Below are positions 53,261-64,000 of a DNA stretch of 64,000 nt, piece after piece (the first letter of the stretch is position 1; every line of letters starts with the position of its first letter). The DNA is taken from contig OX597830.1 in NCBI GenBank assembly GCA_951406725.2, positions 54,002,001-54,066,000 on the forward strand. The letters run 5' to 3'. The DNA is from Octopus vulgaris (lineage: Eukaryota). A program made the position numbers and the translations under genes. Below the pieces are notes generated by a model. The model saw only the letters and a program-made list of their open reading frames with translations. It was not told where the DNA came from and did no database searches.

Positions 53261-53753
53261 TAAATATATATATTTGTATTTATGTGCACTGATGAGGCAA
53301 AGCATTTGTTATGCAGATCCAGAAATCCGGGATCTGGAATTATCCAGTGATTTTTTTTTTGCTAGTTTATTTTGTCTTCTCTCCTGGTGCTGTATGAACA
53401 TTTAATGTGGTTTTAGAATCAAGTTTTGGCTGCTATTTCCAGTGTGGAGATATCTCTTTGATACCCTAAATTATAAATTTAATAATAATTATTACTGTAG
53501 GTCGACCGTGCGAAAGGAGATAGTGACGAATGAATGACTCCTTTAAACACCACAAAATATGGATAAATAAATAAGTGCCAAAAAGAATAAGAGAGAGACG
53601 ACACAACTGTTATCCGCCATGTCAGTATTTGTACCACACATGCCAGATAGAGAGGACCTTACTAAGGTACGCTACATTACCTTTGAAGGTTTTTATTCCC
53701 ATGCTAGCCACTTGATAAGTTCGATATTTAAATAACGATCTTATCCTTATATA

Positions 53754-53789
<36 letters not shown>

Positions 53790-53790
<1 letters not shown>

Positions 53791-54091
53791 CGTAAGGGGG
53801 ATCAGCCATCTGAATGTGGCTAGGGACAGGGCGGGGTGGTGGGGGTGTTACTGATGCTTTTAGCCCCAGGCGATCATCGACGTCACCAGAAGGACCGACA
53901 CCATCTCGGTGACCTTGTTAGCCTGTAAAGGGAGATCATCCTCCCTCGAAGATACGAATACTACATACGGACCGGTTTCGAGGTCATAGCCTCTTATCAA
54001 CGTATGGTAAGCACCGTTCCTCGATGAAGGATTCCCTCTACAGGCTACATATATAAGGTTTTTCACAGTAACCACCGTCACTGATGTAGAA
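53790..54091 (-). mobile_element. About 300-bp GC-richer hammerhead-bearing element between two (TA)n tracts
   Basis: Sharp composition change at both TA boundaries. Contains the intact hammerhead at 53964-54006. Confidence 0.65.
53964..54006 (-). ncRNA. Minimal type I hammerhead ribozyme with U3-A8 core
   Basis: Minus strand reads catacg-TTGATAA-gagg-ctatga-cctc-GAAA-ccgg-TC-cgtatg. Perfect 6-bp stem I, 4-bp stem II, palindromic ACCGGT stem III, GUC cleavage site. Confidence 0.8.
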
Positions 54092-54158
54092 ATATATATA
54101 TTTATATATATACATACATACTGTATATACATATATATAGATACACTTAAATTCTTTC

Positions 54159-54530
54159 ATTCTTTTACTTGTTCAATAATTTTGACTGCAGCCATGCTGG
54201 AGCACCGCCTTAGCCGAACAAATCGACTCCAGGACTTATTCTTTGTAAGCCTAGTATTTATTCCATTGCTCTCTTTTGCCAAATCGCTAAGTTACGAGGT
54301 CGTAAACACACCAACATCGGTTGTCAAGCGATGATAGGGGAGACAAGCACAGACATATAAATAAATACATACACACACATATACGACGGGATTCTTTCAG
54401 TTTCCATCTACCAAATCCGTTCATAAGGCTTTGGTCAGCCTCAGACTATAGTAGAAGACACTTGCCCAAGTTGCCACGCAGTGGGACTAAACCCTGAACT
54501 ATGTGGTTGGGAAGCTTCTTACCACACAGT
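54159..54530 (-). mobile_element. SINE family B
   Basis: Reverse complement of the 18925 copy. Confidence 0.85.
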
Positions 54531-54543
54531 CCCTCAATCACAA

Positions 54544-54597
<54 letters not shown>

Positions 54598-54609
54598 ATA
54601 TACGTTGGG

Positions 54610-55018
54610 CCTTACAGAGGCAATGACAGTAGACCGAGGCTTTTGGGGACATGCTGTGATTGAGAAGACCCGGCAACTAAAGTGAGATCACAGCCGTGGC
54701 CGATGCCAGTGTTGCATGCCCGGCCCATTTAAGAGTACCCCTGATGCGTCGGGCAATTTGATATGCTTGAGAAGACCTGTTGAGTCAAGTAAAATCAAAA
54801 TTGTAGCTGTGGCCAGTGCTCACTGACCGTCTCCTGTGTTGGTGGCATGTAAAAAGCACCCACTACACTCTTGGAGTGGTTGGCGTTAGGAAGGGCATCC
54901 AGCTGTAGAAACATTGCCATATCAGACTGGGGCCTGGTGCAGCTGCTGGCTTTCCCGACCTCAGTCAAACCGTCCAAACCATGCCAGCATGGAAAACGGA
55001 CGTTAAATGATGATGATC
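54610..55018 (+). mobile_element. Retroposon family C with (GAT)n tail
   Basis: tggcgttaggaagggcatccagctgtagaaa...gcatggaaa..gacgttaaa.gatgatgat, shared with 60893-61046. Confidence 0.75.
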
Positions 55019-55969
55019 ACACACACACAACTTTGAACAGTCTCAAGTATAACAGGCCGAAACTGTAGTGATATTTGGAAGCTTGACTGATGAATAGAAA
55101 GCCACGAATGTTCCGTCCTGGTTTTTCTGCCCGTCTTTGTATCGTCCATATGTTTTCATTGTCGTCCGTTACATTTTTGTTCGTTTTTTTTTTTCGGGGG
55201 GTGGGATGGGAGAAGTTTGTGGACTGCAATGGGGATTATGGTGAAAAATAAACCTCATTTGGTCACATTCCATGAGAGCATCTTGATCAGCCTATGAACT
55301 TTTCAGCTGACCTTCATATGTATGTATGTATGAATGCATGTATGTATGCAATGTTATCGTACATTTGAGTTAACCAATGATATATATACTGGTATTGGCT
55401 AAGTGGTGTGTGTATGTTGAAGATTGAAAATCTCAAAATGCCAGTAACATTAGAATAAGTTTTTAATTGAGATTTAAAAAAAATTTCAATATAGACATTT
55501 TAGTAGAAACAGTCTTCAGGCAGTTTGTTATATCAAAAGTGTTAAATCGGAAAAGGCCACAAATTTATGCAGGATGAAGAAAAAAATTAAATGAAATTTG
55601 GCAATTTTTATGCATTTCAAGTGCAAAAGCAAGAGCAGCAATGTTCGAATGAAATAATTCTTCCAACAAAGAACTGCATCAGCCTTGGTAATAGAGGACT
55701 CATTGCTAATAAATGATGAGCTATTGAAATTTTCAAACTATTAACTCTCTTCCTTCTTAGACATATGTCCTAATATTCATAGGAGAAATTATATTACATC
55801 CAATTTAACCACAGTATATTACTGGTACTTATTTTAACAATGTCCTCTTGTACAGAAACTAGAAAGACTGAAACCTGTCTCATGGTTGACCCCAAAATGT
55901 GAAGATGTATGAAACTAAATGTTGCACTTCAGTCAGACACTGTATGTACAAATTCTGTAAACCCCTATT

Positions 55970-56205
55970 TTCTATTTCTTTACTACCCACAAGGGGCTAA
56001 ACACAGAGGAGACAAAGAAGGACAGACAGACAGATTAAGTCGATTACATCGCTTCCAGTGCATAACTGGTACTTAATTTATCGACCCTGAAAGGATGAAA
56101 GGCAAAGCTGACCTCGGCGGAATTTGATCTCAGAATGTAATGGCAGACGAAATACCGCTAAGCATTCCGCCTGGCATGCTAACGTTGCTGCCAGCTTGCT
56201 GCCTT
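55970..56205 (-). mobile_element. SINE family A (tail 1) just downstream of PEPCK
   Basis: Reverse complement of the 13 kb unit plus the head. Confidence 0.85.
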
Positions 56206-56569
56206 GTAAACCTCTATTTTGGTATCCATATAAGGCAATATATGTTCGTGTGGTTATACACACACACACACACATATATACTTATGTGTGCGTGTATGTG
56301 TATCATACAGGTCAAAACAAATTTGTATTTATCTAATTCTATTTAAATTACATTTTAATTGCTTTAAACTTTTAATGGAATTAATGAAAGACAATAATAA
56401 ATTTAACAAAGATAATTATGTTGTTTTGGTTTCGAGAATTTAATGATTAAAATTAAATGTAAATATATTTTAAAAAATATTCTTTTAGGTTATTTCCATC
56501 AAGTCTTTACCTAAATTTTGTTTGTTGCAATTGTTCTTGTTGTTGTTCCCAGAAGTTGTAAAATAAACA

Positions 56570-56593
56570 TTTATTATTATTATTATTTTTATT
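56570..56593 (-). promoter_or_regulatory. Candidate PEPCK polyadenylation signals (AATAAA at 56593-56588 and 56575-56570)
   Basis: TTTATT on the plus strand about 85-105 nt past the stop. AT-rich context makes chance matches likely. Confidence 0.35.
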
Positions 56594-56675
56594 ATTACAA
56601 ATAAATCCCAATGTGATTTTTGCGAGGGTGGGGAATGGTTTAAAAAAAATAGGAATTTGTTATTTTTTTTTTTTT

Positions 56676-57133
56676 TTAAAGAGTCTTCTTGATTCTCTCT
56701 TCCAGATTGTCAATTTCTTTCCAAATTGTGTCTGGAACATCATCATTGATTTGGCGGAACAGATATTTACGAGTGTCTTTCACCTCACCTTCCCAGAACT
56801 CTTTGGTCAAGTTGAAAATGGCTTTCATGTCTATGGAAGCAGGCAAACCATCCATGTTGATGCTTCCAGGTTTTGGAAGGTACCCAATTGCTGAAGAAAC
56901 AGCACACTCCTCTTGGTTTATTCTACGCAATATCCAGTCCAAGACACGGCAATTTTCACCAAAACCTGGCCACATGAACTTCCCTTCCTCGTTCTTACGG
57001 AACCAGTTGACATGGAAAATCTTTGGCAGTGTTACGCCTGGCTGATTCATTGACAACCAGTGCTGGAGATATTTACCAAAATTGTACCCAAAGAATGGAC
57101 GCATAGCAAAGGGGTCGTTCATGATGACTTTGC
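56676..57133 (-). CDS. PCK: GTP-dependent phosphoenolpyruvate carboxykinase, last coding exon (GKVIMNDPFAMRPFFGYNFG...IFHVNWFRK...WPGFGENCRVLDW...KKTL*)
   Basis: Hallmark PEPCK-GTP motifs DPFAMRPFFGYNFG, HVNWFRK and WPGFGEN. Acceptor ttcttgtttcAG at 57135-57134 (phase 1). TAA stop at 56678-56676. Confidence 0.97.
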
Positions 57134-57479
57134 CTGAAACAAGAAAAATGGTTGAGAATGAATTGGAATAATTTAAATACATTAAGGATGGTGCGGTGAT
57201 GGTGGTGATGATGGTAGTGATGATGATGGTGCTGATGCTGATGATGGTAGTGATGATGGTTGTAGTGATGGAGGTGTTGGTAGTGGTTATATTGGTGGTA
57301 AATGCAGTGATATTGTTATTGGTGGCAGTGGTAGTGTTAGTGATGATGATGATGATAATGAGGATGAAATGGTTAACAAATCAATTGATTAATTATCAAA
57401 TTAGAGGTAATGATAATGAAGATGATGGTGATGATGGCGTTGGCAATAATCATGCCAGCAATAAATAATGACAGTAGTA

Positions 57480-57835
57480 TCAATGATCACAGATATCACA
57501 AAAAAAAAAAAAGAAAGAAAGAAAAAAAGGCACAACTGCAGACTTTACAATACCATATAACAATAGGGTGAAGAACACCAAAATAATTGAGAAGATTAAG
57601 AAATATCGGGACCTAGCCAGGGAAATGAAGAAATTGGTAGAAGACAAAGGTGACAATTGGTCACACAAACTGTAATGTGAGAGGCTGAAAGATACTGAAA
57701 TAAGGACACATTGTTGACCCACAGGAACTTGTTAACCTGTATTCTACAAGAATCCTAAGAGAGACTCTTGAGATTTGAGGAGGCTTGTTGCCACCAAACC
57801 TCAAGACAATATCCCTACTAACGCAATTAGAATAT
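57480..57835 (+). mobile_element. Decayed R4/Dong-like RLE fragment in the last PEPCK intron
   Basis: DFTIPYNNRV...EKIKKYRDLAREMKKL. Confidence 0.6.
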
Positions 57836-57839
57836 AATT

Positions 57840-58025
57840 GTTCTTTCTACTATAGGCCTAAGACCTAAAATTCATGAGGAGAGGACAAGTTGATTGCATT
57901 GAGCCCCCCATGCTTAACTGGTACTTGCTTTATTGACCTCGAAAGGACGAAAGGCAAAGTGAATCTTGGTGGAATTTGAACTCAGAGTGTAAAGCAGAAA
58001 GAAACGCCACTAAGCATTTTATCTG
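57840..58025 (-). mobile_element. SINE family A in a PEPCK intron
   Basis: gaaaggacgaaaggcaaagt...ggaatttgaactcag. Confidence 0.75.
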
Positions 58026-58604
58026 GTGAAAAAAATAAAAACATTTCACCTGGCTTTATGAATAATAATAATGATAATAATAATAATAACAATAATAATA
58101 ATAATATGATCACGAACAGAAGTAGTGTGGAGCATCATAGCCATGTGTTGAGAGGGATTCTTTGGGGTTTGAATTATTCACCTCTGGAAACAGGTGTTTC
58201 GTTCAACATCCTTAAACAACCCTTATTCAGGGACCTTTTGAGCAGGATGGGCTACTCGACCGGAAGAAAATTCTAACTGGGCCCCAGAATCTGAACTTAG
58301 AATCGATGATGACAACATTGATAATAATGCCAACAATGATACTGACAACAATAAGTTTCTTATCATTATTTTTATTTTAGGGTCCTTTGAGTGAAATCTT
58401 TCATGACACCTCCTGTGACCTCTTCAGCAACTCTCCATCCCATGTGTCCCCTTGTTCTGTTTAGTTTCAGACAAAGACCATGAAATTAAGAATCAGCTTC
58501 TTTATTGTTCAGAAATTCAAAGAAGACATTGCAAGTGAGAGGTGTCAACAGTTTCAAACCAAGTAAGACAAGTAATTATGTCAACATAAACGAATATTAC
58601 CAAC

Positions 58605-58700
58605 CTTTATGTTCAGCTGCTGCAGTGGCTTCTGATCGCATCGATGCACCGACCATGACTCCATGTTCCCAGTTGAAGGCTTCGTACACTAAAGGTACCC
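58605..58700 (-). CDS. PCK: PEPCK penultimate exon, 96 nt ([33 protein letters not shown])
   Basis: Manual translation. AG acceptor at 58702-58701 and GT donor at 58604-58603, phase 1-1. Splices in frame to the last exon. Confidence 0.96.
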
Positions 58701-60639
58701 CTGTACAATGGAAAAGAAAGAAAGAACAAAATGAATGAAATTCAGCCTAAAGTGTAGAGTCCACTGAGAGGCACAGGAGTAGGGCAAGGTAACAAATCAG
58801 GAAATGGTTGTTGCAGTAGGAATAAGTTCAACATGGTTCTAATAGAAGGGGAACGGTGATTTAAGACAGCCTCATTTGCCACTGGAAGGCTAAATTCATG
58901 TGATGATTATTATTGTGAGAAGAATGGTGAATTGGTGTCACTAGATGAGCCTAGTTTCAAGAAGTGCTTGCAGGCCAGAAAATAACAGCTGAGAGAGAGG
59001 GGGGACAGAGAGGGAGAGAGAGACAAGGAGAGGAGGGAGGACACCTGCCCTTGGTGTTCGGGGGTCTCCATTATTGACCCTAGGTGGTCATTCCTGCTAT
59101 TGGAGATGTTCTCTGGCTGGTATTTTTTTTTTATTAGTGAAGAAAAAATTCAAATCAGACCATGTTAACACCAAAAATTATTTACATCAAAAAATCCCTA
59201 TTTTTTAATGATTTTTTGACTGCTGTGTTGCCATTTTTTGGTGTACTTCAACCAGAAAGATGTTCACTTAAAGACAATAAAAAGCTACATAATGCAAAAT
59301 TTTTACTTTTCATAAATTCCAATTGTAAAGGGTTGAAACAAACTTGATCAATGCCAGGCAATACTGCTAGTACTTAGATATAGGTCTGCAATTAACTCTA
59401 GGACTCATAAGGCTAGAGCTTAATCTAGTTGGCTTAGTTTTCATGACATGTAATTGACTGAGGTTACAACACACTCTGCTGAATGGGATGACAGTCTGTT
59501 GTAGGATTAACAGCAGAGTGGATTGGGAATGTGGAATGATGCATTTTGCTGAAGAGCATGAGCTGTTTGGTTCAGTAACCAAAACCACAATCTTAGTACA
59601 ATACTCTAACCACTAGGCCTTATAGAGAAAATGAAATGAAAAAAAAAAGAATGCCATGAAGATATTGTGAGTGAGAGGTGTGAAGTGGTCAGATAAGTGA
59701 ACATAATCATCAAAATTTGAAGAATTTAGTGAAGTGCTGGTGGTGAAATTTTGTAAAAGTCTACACAGTAAAAGCAGAAAATGAAAGGAAATAGGTGTAT
59801 TATGAGCCACAATTGGCCATGATGTTGAAGTACTGGGCCACTGACTACATGTTATAAGTTCAAATCTTACTATAGGTCCCAACTCTGCTCCTTGGTTGGT
59901 CAAAGCACGTAACTGCTTGTTCCTAAGTGGACCAATAATGTCTATGTGGTTGTCTGACCTGCTAGAAATGGCAGCCAAATCTCTATTAAATCACATTGCT
60001 ATAGTTCTAAAAAAGGGAAAGTCATTTTGGACAACGTGGTCTAGGAATTGTAAGTGGACAGGATAGTCACAACTGGAATGTCTCTGATCATGAGTCAGCT
60101 GATTAAGGTTGACCAGTGGTGTTGTTAAACAGTAACACCACTGCTCGCTCTGTCCAGTATGGTCCTGATAGCAACCACTGCACATTGCAAAGTGCAGTAA
60201 AATCCTGATAGCAATCACAACATGTTGCAATGTGAAGTAATGTTCTGATAGTGACAATTGCAAGTTGCAAGTGCAGTATGGTCCTGATATAGCAATTACT
60301 GTATGTCACAGAGTGCAGTATGACTCTCAACTAGGCAGAAGCATGGTGTTTCTAGGACTAATCTGTGGGATGTGCTTCATAATTCAACTATTTATTTCAT
60401 CTGGGGTTATACAACAACAAACATAGGGAGAGACATTCAGAGGCAATCAATTGTTCCAACATAGGTTTCATCAACCCCTGTGCCACAGCGCATGTGTGTG
60501 CTGTAAGCTTTTGTGGTGCATTACACTGTGTTGGTTCATGTGTATTTCTTTGCAACAAAGTGCAATGCGTGCACTCATCCTTGTTTCAGAACAATTTTTA
60601 AACTTTTTCTTATCAAATATTTTTTAAATATATTTTTAT

Positions 60640-61130
60640 TTTTTACTTGGTTTAGTCATCGGACTGCAACCTTGCTCGGACACTGCCCTGAAGGGTTTAC
60701 TTGATAACTTGGACTCAGTACTTATTTTTTAAACCTGGTACTTATTCTATTGGTCTCTTTTGTCAAACTGTTAAGTTACCAACACCTGTCAAGCGGTGGT
60801 GGGAGACAAACACACACATATATGACAGGCTTCTTTCAGTTTCAGACAACCAAATCCACTTTGATTGGCCTGGTGCTAAAGTAGATAACATTTGGCGTTA
60901 GGAAGGGCATCCAGCTGTAGAAAATCTGCCAGATCAAGATTGGAGCCTGGTGCAGCCATCTGGTTCGCCAGACCTCAGTCAAATCGTCCAACCCATGCTA
61001 GCATGGAAAGCAGACGTTAAACGATGATGATGATGATGATGATGATTTGACCAAAGTGTCATGCAGCGGGACTGAACTCGGAGTCATGTGGTTAGCTAGT
61101 ATAATTCTTACCATATAGCCATGTCTACAC
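60640..61130 (-). mobile_element. SINE B copy interrupted by a family C 3' fragment (60893-61046, +)
   Basis: SINE B sequence resumes at 61048 (ttgaccaaagtgtcatgcagcgggactgaac). Confidence 0.7.
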
Positions 61131-61322
61131 TTATAAAATATATATTTTTTTATAGAATACTTTATTTAAAACATTTTAATATACTTTCAAAAAAATATTC
61201 AAGGTGTCTCATAAAACATGTAGTGCCGTATTTAGAGTGTTATGAATTCAAAAACTGTTGCTTTAATATTAAAAGACTGAAAATGAAAAAATAAACAGCT
61301 GCCTATTTCAGTCTATTTTGAT

Positions 61323-61364
<42 letters not shown>

Positions 61365-62454
61365 GTGTTCAGTGAAGGGCTTTATTTGGAATGATACATT
61401 TTCCTAACAAAGACACATGATGTGTTTCTTTTCTATCCTATTACTCTGTGCAAGGGTGAGTGAGTCAAGATAATAACTGGACATCAGTGACACTGGCTAA
61501 GGTAATATCTGCATGGGAGATAACTGCAGCTAAACTATTGGAATTTAATGTGAATGAAGGCTGGGTAGAAGGTTAGATCGCTAAAAATAGTGCTACAGGT
61601 GGCAGTAATTGCAGATTGAGGAATTAGATCAAACCTGAGAGCTATGGACCCCCGAGATAGAAGAGCTGCTACAGGAACAAGACAAAGCAATCTGAGTTAA
61701 TGCTTCGTCCAACCTAAGCATAGAGAAAAATATACATCAAAATGACAATGGTGATGAGGATATGTCCCATGAGCTACTTTAAATTTATTTAAATTCAAGA
61801 AACCAAAATTCAAACGAGGATTTGATGGTGAGAGGAAGGAGCTATTATATATATATTATAGAGTATATGATTATTACAGAATACATACACACAGACACAC
61901 ACGTGTACATACATACTCCATGATAGATTTTATAGGATATAAGGTGTGAATTCATTTAACTCATAAACAAATCAATAATCAATGTAAGGCAATTATAAAA
62001 ATTTCTAAGACAACATTATAAATTTACAGAACAGAAGAATGAAATTATGCAAAGTTAATGCCTTAATTAAAGATAAAATATAAGACGTTGGCCCATGGAG
62101 ATGGTTTCACGAGAGCTTCTGTCTTGTATGACACTCAATGCATGGTATGTTAGCATTCACCGCTCCATGCTTGCATGGGTCATATGGAACTTGCTGGTCG
62201 TAGAAAAGTCTGCCTCAGCATGTTCTGTCTGACCCGTGCCATTAATGATTGGGAAAAATTTCTAACAGTGACACATGACCAGCTTTTAACTGGTGTATAT
62301 TTTATCAATCCCCTGAGAGGGTGAAAGCAAAATTTATCTAGGTGAGACATGAACCCAGACCTTAATTTTGTTGTATCTGAGGAGGGCCATTATTCCAATA
62401 ATTAACACTTGCACTGGTTTTATTTCAGGTTTTTATAATCTATTTTATCAAATA

Positions 62455-62670
62455 AGGGAGCAAGCTGGCAGACTTGTTAGTATGCTCGACAAAATGCTTA
62501 GCAGTATTCTGTCTGTTGCTATGTTCTGAGTTCAAATTCCGCCGAGGTTGACTTCGCCTTTATTCCTTTCGGGGTCGATGAAATAAGTGCCAGTCAAGTG
62601 CTGGAGTTGATGTAATTGACTGGTCCCTTCGCCACAAATTTCAGGCCTTGTGCCTGTAGTAGAAAGGATT
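62455..62670 (+). mobile_element. SINE family A
   Basis: gttctgagttcaaattccgccgaggttgac...gtagtagaaaggattatt. Confidence 0.85.
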
Positions 62671-62829
62671 ATTTATTTGTCAATTGGTTAATCATTTAAC
62701 TAGTTAACTGATTGATCGTTTGATTAATCAATCAATCAGCCATGTTTGTCAAAGTCCTTTCATGGCCATTTGCAGCCTTATCAATGATATATTCTCTCTC
62801 TATTCCAGGTCTGCCTGTCTCTAAATATT

Positions 62830-63040
62830 GATTTCAAATTTTGGCACAAGGCCAGCAATTCAGGGGAAAGCGGGAGTTGATTACTTAAACCTTAGTGTTC
62901 AACTGATACTTATTTTATCAACCATGAAAGGAGAAAAGGCAAAGTCAACCTTGGAGAAATTTGAACTCAGAACATAAAGGTGGACAAAATACTGCTAAGC
63001 ATTTTGCCTGGCATGTTAACAATTCTGCCAGCTCACCATC
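62830..63040 (-). mobile_element. SINE family A, inverted relative to the 62455 copy
   Basis: aaaggcaaagtcaacc...aatttgaactcagaac...ttctgccagctcacc. Confidence 0.8.
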
Positions 63041-63104
63041 TTGCCTGTCTCTAGATACTGCAAGGTAGTTTGACTTTAACTATACAGATAGTCTTTTTTT
63101 CCTT

Positions 63105-63505
63105 TCTCTTTTTACTTGTTTCAGTCATTTGACTGTGGCCATGCTGGAGCACCGCCTTTAGTCAAGCAAATTGACCCCAGGACTTATTCTTTGTAAGCCC
63201 AGTACTTATTCTATCGGTCTCTTTTGCCGAACCACTAAGTTACGGGGATGTAAACACACCACCATCGGTTGTCAAGCGATGTTGGTGGGACAGAGACACA
63301 CAAACACACACACACATATATATATACACCTATACATATATGCGATGGGCTTCTTTCAGTTTCCGTCTACCAAATCCACTCACAAGGCTATGGTCAGCCC
63401 GAGTCTATAGTAGAAGACACTTGTCCAAGGTGCCATGCAGTGGGACTGAACCCAGAACCATGTGGTTGGTAAGCAAGCTACTTATGATACAACCACTCCT
63501 GTGCC
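63105..63505 (-). mobile_element. Full-length SINE family B in a PEPCK intron
   Basis: Reverse complement of the 18925 copy. Confidence 0.9.
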
Positions 63506-63630
63506 TATGTAGATATTGCAGATACTGTCTTTTCATATCTGTTGCTAATTTACTGCCATGTCTTGTTAGCACTCAGATGGGTGATTGCTAACTTATTTAA
63601 AAACAACAGAATGATTTCCTATCAACTCAC

Positions 63631-63734
63631 CTTCGGGACGTCTGCCACCAAATATAATGGCATCAATAGGGACTCCTTCAGGACTTTCCCAAGCCTCATC
63701 CATGTTAGGACACTGGTTGGCTGGTGTACAGAAT
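63631..63734 (-). CDS. PCK: PEPCK exon, 104 nt ((R)[35 protein letters not shown])
   Basis: Conserved [12 protein letters not shown] motif. Acceptor ttttcAG at 63736-63735 (phase 2), donor GTGAGT from 63630 (phase 1). In frame with the next exon. Upstream exons lie outside the window. Confidence 0.96.
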
Positions 63735-64000
63735 CTGAAAATAATTCAAAAGACATTCTTATTCAAATATAACTCAGGATATGAAAAAAACTGATTTTAT
63801 AACCAAACATGATTTCATTGAAGATTACAAATGACTGACATCTCATTGCTTGGATGACAGTAACATTTGCTTGCAATTAGTACACGTGTGTGTGTGTGTG
63901 TCTGGCACTATTCTCTCAGCTGCTATAATTATGTGAAGGAAGAACTGCACATATCTCACCCCCATTTTGGTGCCGCCAGTTATCCCTCTCCTTGAGACCA

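Noticed and set aside
53285-53350. CTGATGA...GAAA near gcactgatgaggc
   Set aside because: Stems II and III and the NUH site could not be assembled consistently. At most a rearranged remnant.
57134-57182. N-terminal extension MYLNYSNSFSTIFLVS of the PEPCK ORF
   Set aside because: Intronic sequence upstream of the splice acceptor.
57196-57468. Hydrophobic Val/Met-rich ORF
   Set aside because: Degenerate (GAT/GGT)n trinucleotide repeat in a PEPCK intron, on the antisense strand.

Overview
AT-rich, microsatellite-dense eukaryotic (animal) DNA. The SINE, LINE and mariner content and the gene structure point to a mollusc, most likely an octopus (inference from recalled repeat families, not a search). 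Most listed ORFs are microsatellite artefacts. Two host genes are supported, both on the minus strand. One is the last three coding exons of a GTP-dependent phosphoenolpyruvate carboxykinase (63734-63631, 58700-58605, 57133-56676). The other is a phase-1/phase-1 exon encoding one EGF-like domain (1530-1402), absent from the ORF track and resembling molluscan EGF/ZP proteins. The rest is several tRNA-type SINE families, decayed mariner/Tc1 elements, fragments of RTE, CR1 and RLE-type (R4/Dong, Hero-like) LINEs, Helitron/Helentron-like elements, MITEs and minisatellites. The most unusual signal is about eight minimal type I hammerhead ribozyme motifs in at least six unrelated short elements, most next to (TA)n tracts. 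Two unrelated ones carry a compensatory U3-A8 core (UUGAnAA) instead of CUGAnGA, and two elements are long fold-back palindromes. All RNA folds and alignments were done by eye.
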